This document shows positions 56,473 to 64,000 of a stretch of DNA of 64,000 nt, one piece after another. Under the pieces are notes generated by a model. The model had not been told where the DNA came from. It was given only the letters and a program-made list of their open reading frames with translations, and did not search any database. The translations under genes were made by a program, and so were the position numbers. The DNA comes from Polyangiales bacterium (lineage in GTDB: Bacteria > Myxococcota_A > Polyangia > Polyangiales > Polyangiaceae). The stretch's first letter is position 1; the number at the start of each line of letters is the position of its first letter. Location: positions 50,845-114,844 of the forward strand of contig JBBRNJ010000019.1 in NCBI GenBank assembly GCA_038230375.1, read 5' to 3'.

Positions 56473-58395
56473 ATGCGCCCCGCCGGGTCCCAGGAAGCGC
56501 CGTTGCCACGCGCATACACGCGGCCCGTCCTGGGCTCCGCGGTGGTCGCGATCCTGGCGCTCGTCGCGTGTGGGAGCAGCACGGACCTCGTCAATCGGTC
56601 CGTGATCGTTCATGTGCCCACGGCATGCGCGCTCACACCGGACCAGGCCTATTCGATCTTCCGGGCAGGCGGTGACTTCTCCACGTCGCCCGTCGCGCCG
56701 AGCGAGGGTCTCTACATTGCGGACACCGGGGCGTCGCTCGCGGCGCTGCCAGCCGACGCGCGGTCGATCACGCTCGAGATCTCGCGACCGGCGGGCGCGG
56801 GGCCGCAGGCGTGGACGGGGCTCTCGCTCGTGACGTCCAGCGAGGGCGCCATCGACGTGCTCGTGTTGCCGGCGGGGAAGTCGTGCCCGCTCTCGAAGGT
56901 CGTCGACCGCACCGATGCGACGCTTGGCGCGTTCGACGATCACCACGTACTCATCGTTGGCGGGGCCAGTGGCACGTCGGTGCCGCTCTCATTCGTTGCA
57001 GACCTCAACACGGGCAAGCTCACGCAGCTCCCGTTCGGTCTGAAGACGAGCCGTGAGAACCCCACCATCACTGCGTTCGGCGATGGCGCGCTCGTGGCAG
57101 GCGGAAACAATCCCGACACCAACTCGCCTTTCACCACGGCCGAGGTGTACGAGAACACGCTCGGCGACTTCTCGCCCGCGATCATCGCCCTCAGTCAGCC
57201 GCGCGCGAATCACGGCGCCGTCGTGCTCGCGAACGGGAAGACGCTCCTCGTCGGCGGAACCGATGGCTCCGGCAAGGCGCTGCGGACCATGGAGATCGTG
57301 GACCCGAAGGAGCAGCGCGTCTTCACGCAGGGCGTGGAGCTCCTGGAGGTGCCGCGCATGAACCCCACCGTGCTGCGGCTCGCGTCGGGAGAGATCCTGG
57401 TGGCGGGCGGCTTCACCCCCGGCGGCACGCAGATCGGCTCGTCCCTTGCGCCCGTGCCGATCGCCCACCTGGAGTGGCTCACGCCCGACGCATCGGCGCA
57501 CAGCAAGCCCTCGCGCGATCTGGTTGCGCGTCGCAACCGTGGCTTTGTTGCGCTGGATGCAGGCGGCGCGCTGGCGGTGATCGCGCCGGACAGCACGGAC
57601 ATCGCGGACTCGAATTTCCAGACCACGTGGCTCATCTCCGGCGAGGGAGCGCTGGAGCCGGGCGAGCCGATCCCGGGGCTGAAGAACAGCGCGCTCGCGC
57701 TCTTCCGTGGCACGGGCGGTCAGCCGCTGCTCTTCACCGGCGCGCACTGGCTCCGCTACGAACCATGGTTCGGCGCGTTCCTCACGCTCGAAGATGCGCC
57801 GCCGGACGGACCGCCGCTCGGGCTCACCCCGCCGACGCAGGCTCCGCTCGCGACCGTGGGTGTGTCTCCCGATCCTGGTCTGGCGATGTGGCTCGCGAAC
57901 GGCGATGACGCCTATGCGCATCTGTTCGGCTTTCGCTTCGGCACGATGCATCCGTTCGCGGACATCCCGAAGACCCTGCTCACGCAGAACGCGTCGTACT
58001 TCGCACTGGACCGGGCGCCGTCGGACATCTCGCGGTTCAATCCTGCCACGGGATTGAAGCTGGCCACGGGCGCGACCGCGATGCTCACGGACGTCACGTT
58101 CGCGTCGTTCGCGCTCGACCTCTCGTCACCATCCGGAGCCGCGCCGCTCGTGCTCCTTCGCGACGACACCGGGGCCGAGGTCGAGATCGGCGGCGCCGCG
58201 TGCCCGCTCCTCGTGGGAAGTCGAATTCACGTCGAGCGGCACGGAGAGCGGATCACGACGAGCGTGGACCAGAGCGAGCCGAAGACCTGCCCAGTGAAGC
58301 TCGACGCAAGGGTGAGACTGCACGTGGGTGTGAGGGGCGGCTCCGCAGACGAAAGCTTCGTGACGAGCTTCTCGATCGAGCGAATGGGTAAGTAG
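56473..58395 (+). CDS. Kelch-repeat lipoprotein
   Basis: Lipobox LVAC; repeated R..(H/P)....L..G..LVxGG blades. Confidence 0.85.
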   Translation: MRPAGSQEAPLPRAYTRPVLGSAVVAILALVACGSSTDLVNRSVIVHVPTACALTPDQAYSIFRAGGDFSTSPVAPSEGLYIADTGASLAALPADARSITLEISRPAGAGPQAWTGLSLVTSSEGAIDVLVLPAGKSCPLSKVVDRTDATLGAFDDHHVLIVGGASGTSVPLSFVADLNTGKLTQLPFGLKTSRENPTITAFGDGALVAGGNNPDTNSPFTTAEVYENTLGDFSPAIIALSQPRANHGAVVLANGKTLLVGGTDGSGKALRTMEIVDPKEQRVFTQGVELLEVPRMNPTVLRLASGEILVAGGFTPGGTQIGSSLAPVPIAHLEWLTPDASAHSKPSRDLVARRNRGFVALDAGGALAVIAPDSTDIADSNFQTTWLISGEGALEPGEPIPGLKNSALALFRGTGGQPLLFTGAHWLRYEPWFGAFLTLEDAPPDGPPLGLTPPTQAPLATVGVSPDPGLAMWLANGDDAYAHLFGFRFGTMHPFADIPKTLLTQNASYFALDRAPSDISRFNPATGLKLATGATAMLTDVTFASFALDLSSPSGAAPLVLLRDDTGAEVEIGGAACPLLVGSRIHVERHGERITTSVDQSEPKTCPVKLDARVRLHVGVRGGSADESFVTSFSIERMGK

Positions 58396-58528
58396 CGGTC
58401 GTCTCTCCGCAGGTGTCGCGGAGTTGCGTGCATTTTACAACCAACGCCGGCGTGCCCTCTGGCCGCGTTGTGGGGCGGGCACGTTCACGTTCACCTTCAG
58501 GTTCACGGGGTGGAGGGTGATAGCGGAA

Positions 58529-58614
58529 CGTAATAATTACGATGAGTTGAATGGTGGAGCGGGAGGGGTTTCTTGACAAGTTGTGTATTTAATAAATAGT
58601 AAATAACAAATAGT
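58529..58614 (+). promoter_or_regulatory. AT-rich promoter region with Fur/Zur-like palindrome, TTGACA and AAATAGT direct repeats
   Basis: CGTAAT-A-ATTACG at 58529-58541; TTGACA at 58573-58578; AAATAGT at 58594 and 58608. Confidence 0.65.
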
Positions 58615-58629
58615 CAGCAAGGAGACCCC

Positions 58630-59655
58630 ATGGCTGCCCACGCGCTCTCGTTCGATCCTCACGCTCCGTCCTCGCCCTCGGCCGTTCCCGAGAAGTCGGC
58701 GCATCCCGATCGCATGCCCGTGAGCCACGAGCTCGTCTTCCTGGATTCCTACAGGAGCGATCGCGACGACCTTCGCGCGCTCTATGAGAAGGCCAAGGAT
58801 CTGAACTGGAACTCGCGCACGCACTTCAAGTGGGACACGGACGTGGACCCCGAACGCGAGCTCGTGCCTGACGCGTTCAATCCGATCTTCGGCTCCGACG
58901 TGTGGCGCCGCCTGGACCCCAAGCGCGAGGTGCCGTTGCTTCGCCGCCACATGACCAGCTACGTGCTCTCGAACTTCTTGCACGGCGAGCAGGGCGCGTT
59001 GCTCGCCACGTCGCAGATCGTCGCGTGCTCTCCCACGGCCGAGGCAAAGTTCTATGCCGCCGCGCAGGTCTTCGACGAGGCGCGCCACGTGGAGGTCTAC
59101 GAGCGATACATCACCGAGAAGGTCGGCCTCATGTATCCGCCGAGCCCGCCGCTGAAGAAGCTGCTCGACACGATCATGACGGACAGCCGCTGGGACTTCA
59201 AATACCTGGGCATGCAGATCCTGGTGGAGGGCGTTGCCCTTGGCGCGTTCGGCATGATCCACGAGACCACGCAGGAGCCGCTCATCCGCGAGATCACGAA
59301 GATGATCATGCAGGACGAGGCCCGCCACGTGGCGTTCGGCGTGCTCTCGCTCAAGAACAACTACGACGACATGAAGCCGAGCGAGCTGAAGGATCGCGAA
59401 GAGTTCATCGTCGAGAGCTCGCGCCTGCTCCGCGACCGCTTCCTGGCGCAGGAGGTCTGGCAGAACGTGGGGCTTCCGCAGAAGGAGTGCGAGGAGCTGG
59501 CCGCCCGCTCGCCCATGATGGCGCTCTTCCGGAAGCTGCTCTTTTCCAAGATTGTCCCGAACGTGAAAAGACTAGGGCTTCTCACCCCGACCGTGAGAAA
59601 AGGGTTCGAAGAGCTCGACGTCCTTGAGTACGAAGACTGGGAACCTAGCGCGTGA
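58630..59655 (+). CDS. Ferritin-like diiron protein (AurF/N-oxygenase family)
   Basis: HGEQGAL, two DEARH motifs, LVEG; AAGGAG SD. Confidence 0.88.
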   Translation: MAAHALSFDPHAPSSPSAVPEKSAHPDRMPVSHELVFLDSYRSDRDDLRALYEKAKDLNWNSRTHFKWDTDVDPERELVPDAFNPIFGSDVWRRLDPKREVPLLRRHMTSYVLSNFLHGEQGALLATSQIVACSPTAEAKFYAAAQVFDEARHVEVYERYITEKVGLMYPPSPPLKKLLDTIMTDSRWDFKYLGMQILVEGVALGAFGMIHETTQEPLIREITKMIMQDEARHVAFGVLSLKNNYDDMKPSELKDREEFIVESSRLLRDRFLAQEVWQNVGLPQKECEELAARSPMMALFRKLLFSKIVPNVKRLGLLTPTVRKGFEELDVLEYEDWEPSA

Positions 59656-59698
59656 GGCGGAGCGCCGCAGGGCGGGCCGCAGTGACAAGACGGTGGGG

Positions 59699-60424
59699 GT
59701 GAGTGCGGCAGAGAGCGCCGCCGACCGCGCCGAGCGCGCAGGTCTGCCCATCACGCGCGCGAAGAAGCGCGCAGACCGCAACCCCGAGCGCACGCGCGCC
59801 TCCATCCTCGCCGCCGCGGAGGAAGAGTTCGCCGCGAAGGGCTACGACGGCGCGCGCCTGGCGAACATTGCAGCGGGCGCGAAGGTCCAGCAGGCGCTCA
59901 TCTATCACTACTTCGCCGACAAGGAGTCCCTCTACGAAGAGGTGATGCGCGAGGGTCTAGCCGCGACGAGCGCCAAGGTCTGGGAGCTGATCTCCGCCAT
60001 GCAGACGGCGGTCAGCGGGAGCAGCGGTGGGCACGCAAGCGGTCACAAGATGCAGCGCGAAGATCTTCGCACGCTGGTGACCGCGTTCGTGGAGCTGCTC
60101 GGCGAGTTCTACGCGGAGCACGCGTCGCTGGTCGCGATGCTCAGCTTCGAGCTGCGGAAGGGTGAGCGCGCCGTGCGCTTCGTGGAAGAGCGCGTGCGTC
60201 CAATGTTCGAGTCCGTCGTCAGCGAGCTCGAGAAGATGCGCGACCGGGGCGAGGTGAGCCGCAAGGTGTCCCCGCGCGAGTTTGCGATCTCGGCGGTGGC
60301 GATCGTCGCATACCCGATCGAGTCGAAGCGGCTCGTGGGCGCGGTGTGGCCGTCGTTCGATTCACGCGCCCGCGAACGCAAGGAGCACATCGTCGAGCTC
60401 CTCTGCAGCGCGCTCTTGCCGTAG
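59699..60424 (+). CDS. TetR-family regulator
   Basis: TRASILAAA..IAAGAKVQQALIYHYFADKESLY; start uncertain. Confidence 0.92.
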   Translation: MSAAESAADRAERAGLPITRAKKRADRNPERTRASILAAAEEEFAAKGYDGARLANIAAGAKVQQALIYHYFADKESLYEEVMREGLAATSAKVWELISAMQTAVSGSSGGHASGHKMQREDLRTLVTAFVELLGEFYAEHASLVAMLSFELRKGERAVRFVEERVRPMFESVVSELEKMRDRGEVSRKVSPREFAISAVAIVAYPIESKRLVGAVWPSFDSRARERKEHIVELLCSALLP

Positions 60425-60437
60425 CGCATCAGGATCG

Positions 60438-61463
60438 ATGCCTCGCCTCGTACACCTGGCGCCTGCGAGCCGCCGCCGTGGGATCGAGAGGAGCGGAATC
60501 CGCGGGGAATCGACGCAAGTCTACACGGGCAACAAGGAGCCAGAGACGCTCTCGCGCGCAGTCTTCGCGATGCCGATCCTGCCGGACTTCTCCGTGACGT
60601 ACCAGTGGCTGCGCGAGCTGCGGCGGTGGCATCACGAGCGCATGCTCGCGGTTCATTTCGTCGCGCCGAGCGACGAGGACGTGTGGGTGGGGCGCTACAA
60701 CAAGCCGCACGAGAAGGTGTCGCTGGGAGCAGCGGTGCGCCGCGTCACGGAGGACCCAGCCGGAAACGAGATCATCCTCACCCGCAGCATCCGCAAGAAC
60801 GAGATCGCGTCCGTGCGTGAGCTCACGCAGCTTGTTGGATGGACCGAGACGCCGGAGCCGTCCACCTTCGATTGTCTGTGTCGGATGTGCGTGCGGGCAG
60901 GAACCCCAGACCTGATGCGCCGTGTGCGCGCCGCCTTCGAACGCCACGTCCTCGAGGCGCGGCAGGCACTCGAGTCGGACGACGTGGTCCGCGCGCTCTC
61001 CAGGCTGGACTTGCCACTGGAGCGTGCACGCGGACGCCTCACGCCAGACAAGTTGCTCGCGTTCGTCCGGTCGCCAGAGAGAGATGTGCGCCGCGTGGCG
61101 ACCAGCCTGCTGGGCAACTTCAAGTGGGCAGCAGTCGAGACGGCGCTGGCGGCGCGACTTCGTGACGAATACGGCAGCGTTCGTGAGGCCGCGGTCCGGG
61201 CGATGATCAGGTCTGGTGGCGTCCGTCGCGCGCATGCGCACGTTGCCAAGGTCTCGGACGATCTCGTGACGTCCACCTTCGTCGAGCATCTCGAGTACGG
61301 GCACGACATTGACACCTCTGCGAGGCTGCTGACCGAGATTGCGCGCAGCGGCAGCAGCCAAGTCGTGAGCCGCGTCGCACGAGCGGCTGCGGAGCTGATG
61401 AGGGACGACGAGGCTTCGCACGTGACGCGAGCGCTACTGTCGTCGCTCCGGCCCGGCACATGA
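60438..61463 (+). CDS. HEAT-repeat protein with uncharacterised N-terminal domain and CxCxxC motif
   Basis: DVRRVAT and LRDEYGSVREAAV HEAT-like repeats; CLCRMC. Confidence 0.8.
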   Translation: MPRLVHLAPASRRRGIERSGIRGESTQVYTGNKEPETLSRAVFAMPILPDFSVTYQWLRELRRWHHERMLAVHFVAPSDEDVWVGRYNKPHEKVSLGAAVRRVTEDPAGNEIILTRSIRKNEIASVRELTQLVGWTETPEPSTFDCLCRMCVRAGTPDLMRRVRAAFERHVLEARQALESDDVVRALSRLDLPLERARGRLTPDKLLAFVRSPERDVRRVATSLLGNFKWAAVETALAARLRDEYGSVREAAVRAMIRSGGVRRAHAHVAKVSDDLVTSTFVEHLEYGHDIDTSARLLTEIARSGSSQVVSRVARAAAELMRDDEASHVTRALLSSLRPGT

Positions 61464-61472
61464 CGTTGGAGT

Positions 61473-62036
61473 TCAGGGCGCGAGCAGGGGCAATAGCCGT
61501 TGCTCCAGGTCCTGTTCTTCTCCGTCGTGCCAGCCGCCTCGGCTTCCGCGGTTCTTGCCGGTGCGATCGATGATGAACAACGTGGGCACCTTGGTCGGAC
61601 GCCAGGCCTCCGAGACGTTCCGTCCCTCGTCCCACGCGACCGGGAACCTTGCGCCGTGCGTGCGTGCGAACTCCGCGACGCCATCTGGCTCTTCGTCGAA
61701 GGAGACGCCAAGGATCTCGAGGCCGCGCGCGCCGTGCTTGTTGATCAGCTCCTGAAGCTTCGGGAGCGCCTTCTTCGAAGGCTCATGCCACGTCGCGAAG
61801 AAGAACACGACGGTGACCTTGCCGGGCGTGAGCTTCACGCGTCCCGCCGTGTTGAGTGACGCAAGATCGAGAGCAGGCGTGTCCGTCGTTGGCTCGAGGT
61901 CGGGGCCGCTCCGCGAGGCATCTTTCGGTAGCTCCGCATGCGCAGGCTTGGGCGGCATCGTGCCGCCGCCACAGCCGATGGTGGCCAGGAACATCGCGGC
62001 CCCGAAAAAAAGCGTGCAAAGCCGTGCAAGCGTCAT
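61473..62036 (-). CDS. TlpA/ResA-like thioredoxin-fold lipoprotein lacking CxxC
   Basis: GKVTVVFFFATWHEPSKK, GVSFDE and VPTLFIID motifs; lipobox TIGC. Confidence 0.85.
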   Translation of the reverse strand: MTLARLCTLFFGAAMFLATIGCGGGTMPPKPAHAELPKDASRSGPDLEPTTDTPALDLASLNTAGRVKLTPGKVTVVFFFATWHEPSKKALPKLQELINKHGARGLEILGVSFDEEPDGVAEFARTHGARFPVAWDEGRNVSEAWRPTKVPTLFIIDRTGKNRGSRGGWHDGEEQDLEQRLLPLLAP

Positions 62037-63082
62037 GCGTGCACCTTCGTCATTCGCAGCTCTCGCGCGAGGCGGCTCGGTAGTCCGGGACCTTCGTAGA
62101 TGAAGCCCGTGTAGAGCTGCACCAGGTTCGCGCCCGCATCCATCAGCGCGCGTGCATGCGATGCATCCTCTACTCCGCCGACGCCGATCACCACCATGTC
62201 GGGACCAAGCGCGGCGCGCGCTTTCCTCACGACCTCGAGCGCACGTGCGCGGAGCGGCGGTCCCGACAGACCTCCCGCGCCGATCTCCGTGATGCGTGCT
62301 TCGGGCGTCTGCAGATCTCTGCGCGCAATGGTCGTGTTCGTCGCGATCACGCCGTTGATGCCGCTCTCCTTCACGACCGCGAGCAGGGACACGAGTCCCT
62401 CCTCGGTGAGGTCGGGCGCGATCTTCAAGAGCAGCGGCTTCTTCGGCTCGTTCTCCTCCATCAGCAACGCGAGCAACACCTTCGCCGCGTCTGCGCCCTG
62501 CAGCGCACGCAGGTTCTTCGTGTTCGGCGACGAGACGTTCACCACCACGAAATCGGCGACACGATGCGCGTGGCGAAAGCTCTTCGCGTAGTCCGCAAGG
62601 ACGGCCTCGCGATCCTCCACGTCCACGCACCGCGACTTGCCGATCGACACCGCGAGCGGCACACCGAGCGCCTTCGCCCCGCCGCGCGCTTCGATGCGTT
62701 CGCACACCGCCTTTGCGCCCTGGTTCGGGAAGCCCAGGCGGTTCACCAGCGCGTGGTCCGCGGGCAGCCGGAACATGTTCGGCATCGGGTTCGCTTCCTG
62801 CGCCTCCGCCGTCACCGTCCCCAGCTCCACAAAGCCGAACCCGAGCGCCGCCAGCGCCCGCGCGCGCGTCGCGTTCTTGTCGAAGCCGCCAGCCAGACCT
62901 ACGGGGCTCGGGAAATGGAGTCCCATCAGGTCGACGCCGTCTCCCTTTTGCGTGCAGAATGCACGTACCAGCGCACGCACCGGCGACAGGTACTCCACCG
63001 GCGCGAGCGTCAGGTTGCCCAGCGCATGTGCAGTATGCGGCGGGAGCGCGAACAGGAGAGGTCGGACCAGCTTGTAGAGCAC
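62033..63082 (-). CDS. pyrD: Quinone-dependent dihydroorotate dehydrogenase
   Basis: GLAGGFDK, NRLGFPN, NVSSPNT, KIAPDL and GGLSG motifs; start 63082 (GTG) or 63106. Confidence 0.95.
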   Translation of the reverse strand: MLYKLVRPLLFALPPHTAHALGNLTLAPVEYLSPVRALVRAFCTQKGDGVDLMGLHFPSPVGLAGGFDKNATRARALAALGFGFVELGTVTAEAQEANPMPNMFRLPADHALVNRLGFPNQGAKAVCERIEARGGAKALGVPLAVSIGKSRCVDVEDREAVLADYAKSFRHAHRVADFVVVNVSSPNTKNLRALQGADAAKVLLALLMEENEPKKPLLLKIAPDLTEEGLVSLLAVVKESGINGVIATNTTIARRDLQTPEARITEIGAGGLSGPPLRARALEVVRKARAALGPDMVVIGVGGVEDASHARALMDAGANLVQLYTGFIYEGPGLPSRLARELRMTKVHA

Positions 63083-63190
63083 GTGCAGTTCGACAGACTG
63101 CGTCATTTTTCACGCAAAAACATGCCTTTTCATGCGGGGGTTTGTTGCTAGTGTCCGCCACCGCCACCACACATCGCCAAGGAGCCCGCC

Positions 63191-64000
63191 GTGATCATTG
63201 GAGTGCCGAAAGAGATCAAGACCCGTGAGTACCGCGTCGGCATGACCCCCGCGGGCGTGCGCAGCCTCACCCAGCGTGGCCACAAGGTCCTCGTCGAGAA
63301 GAGCGCGGGCATCGGCAGCGGCATCCAGGACGCGGAGTACGTGGCGCAGGGCGGGACCATCGTGCAGAGCGCCGCAGAGGCGTGGAGCGCGGACATGGTC
63401 GTGAAGGTCAAGGAGCCGCTTCCCGCAGAGTTCGCCTTCTTCCGCGAGAACCTGACGGTCTACACGTATTTCCACCTCGCGCCGGAGCCGGAGCTCACGA
63501 AGCAGCTCGCCCTGAAGAAGGTCACCGCTGTCGCGTACGAGACCATCGAGCTCGACGACGGCACGCTGCCGCTCCTTCGCCCCATGAGCGAGGTCGCGGG
63601 CCGCATGGCGACGCAGGTCGGCGCGTCCTGTCTCCAGAAGGAGCACGGCGGCAAGGGCGTTCTCCTTGGCGGCGTGCCCGGCACGCGGCGCGGTCGCGTC
63701 GTGATCCTGGGTGGCGGCGTGGTTGGACGCAACGCGGCGACCATCGCGGTCGGCATGGGCGCGCAGGTCACCGTGCTCGATGTCTCCGCCGTCACGATGT
63801 CGTACCTCGAAGACATCTTCGGCGGCGCGGTCGAGACCCTGTACTCGAACCCGTTCAACATCGAGATGGCCGTGCTCCGCGCGGACCTCGTCATCGGCGC
63901 CGTTCTCGTCACTGGCGCACGCGCGCCGAAGCTCGTGACGAAGGAGCTCATCTCCAAGATGGAGAAGGGCAGCGTCGTCGTCGACGTCGCCGTCGACCAA
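63191..64000 (+). CDS. ald: Alanine dehydrogenase (3' end outside window; absent from the ORF track)
   Basis: Manual translation gives MIIGVPKEIKTREYRVGMTP..VKVKEP..YFHLA..PMSEVAGR..GVLLGGVPG..GGGVVG; AAGGAG SD. Confidence 0.96.
   Translation, partial: MIIGVPKEIKTREYRVGMTPAGVRSLTQRGHKVLVEKSAGIGSGIQDAEYVAQGGTIVQSAAEAWSADMVVKVKEPLPAEFAFFRENLTVYTYFHLAPEPELTKQLALKKVTAVAYETIELDDGTLPLLRPMSEVAGRMATQVGASCLQKEHGGKGVLLGGVPGTRRGRVVILGGGVVGRNAATIAVGMGAQVTVLDVSAVTMSYLEDIFGGAVETLYSNPFNIEMAVLRADLVIGAVLVTGARAPKLVTKELISKMEKGSVVVDVAVDQ

Noticed and set aside
63110..64000. 296-aa minus-strand ORF at the window end
   Set aside because: Antisense shadow of ald, which the track missed because its stop is outside the window

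Overview
High-GC (roughly two-thirds G+C by eye) bacterial chromosomal segment, most consistent with a myxobacterium (Myxococcota, Polyangia/Labilithrix-like). This rests on four Hanks-type Ser/Thr kinases, many Cys-rich and low-complexity lipoproteins and a MYXO-CTERM-like tail. About 59 CDSs can be supported. Recognisable housekeeping genes are cbs, mutH, pgeF, PBP1A, a parvulin PPIase, rnc, pterin dehydratase, a DnaJ-class chaperone, trmL, a ClC channel, a glutaryl-CoA-DH-like enzyme, pyrD and a partial ald; they are interspersed with secreted hypotheticals. I see no rRNA, tRNA, CRISPR array, integrase or transposase. Most interesting: (1) a translationally coupled PBP1A - FG-GAP protein - orphan solute-binding protein - histidine kinase - [duplicated CxxC, phage-baseplate-chaperone-like + mini-zincin + TM] operon, a candidate envelope-sensing system; (2) 11 genes with a TAnnnT box 6-7 nt before the start codon (leaderless mRNAs); (3) five sigma-54 type promoters in front of secreted-protein genes at 37-51 kb; (4) a PilC/GspF-like membrane-only mini-protein that appears to start at CTG overlapping the rnc stop; (5) two disrupted genes (DUF2330 cut off from its sorting tail; a frameshifted diheme cytochrome); (6) a Cys-less TlpA, an ART-like/HEAT fusion, an AT-hook basic protein and a Zur/Fur-like box. 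All family assignments are by eye from motifs; no database searches were run.
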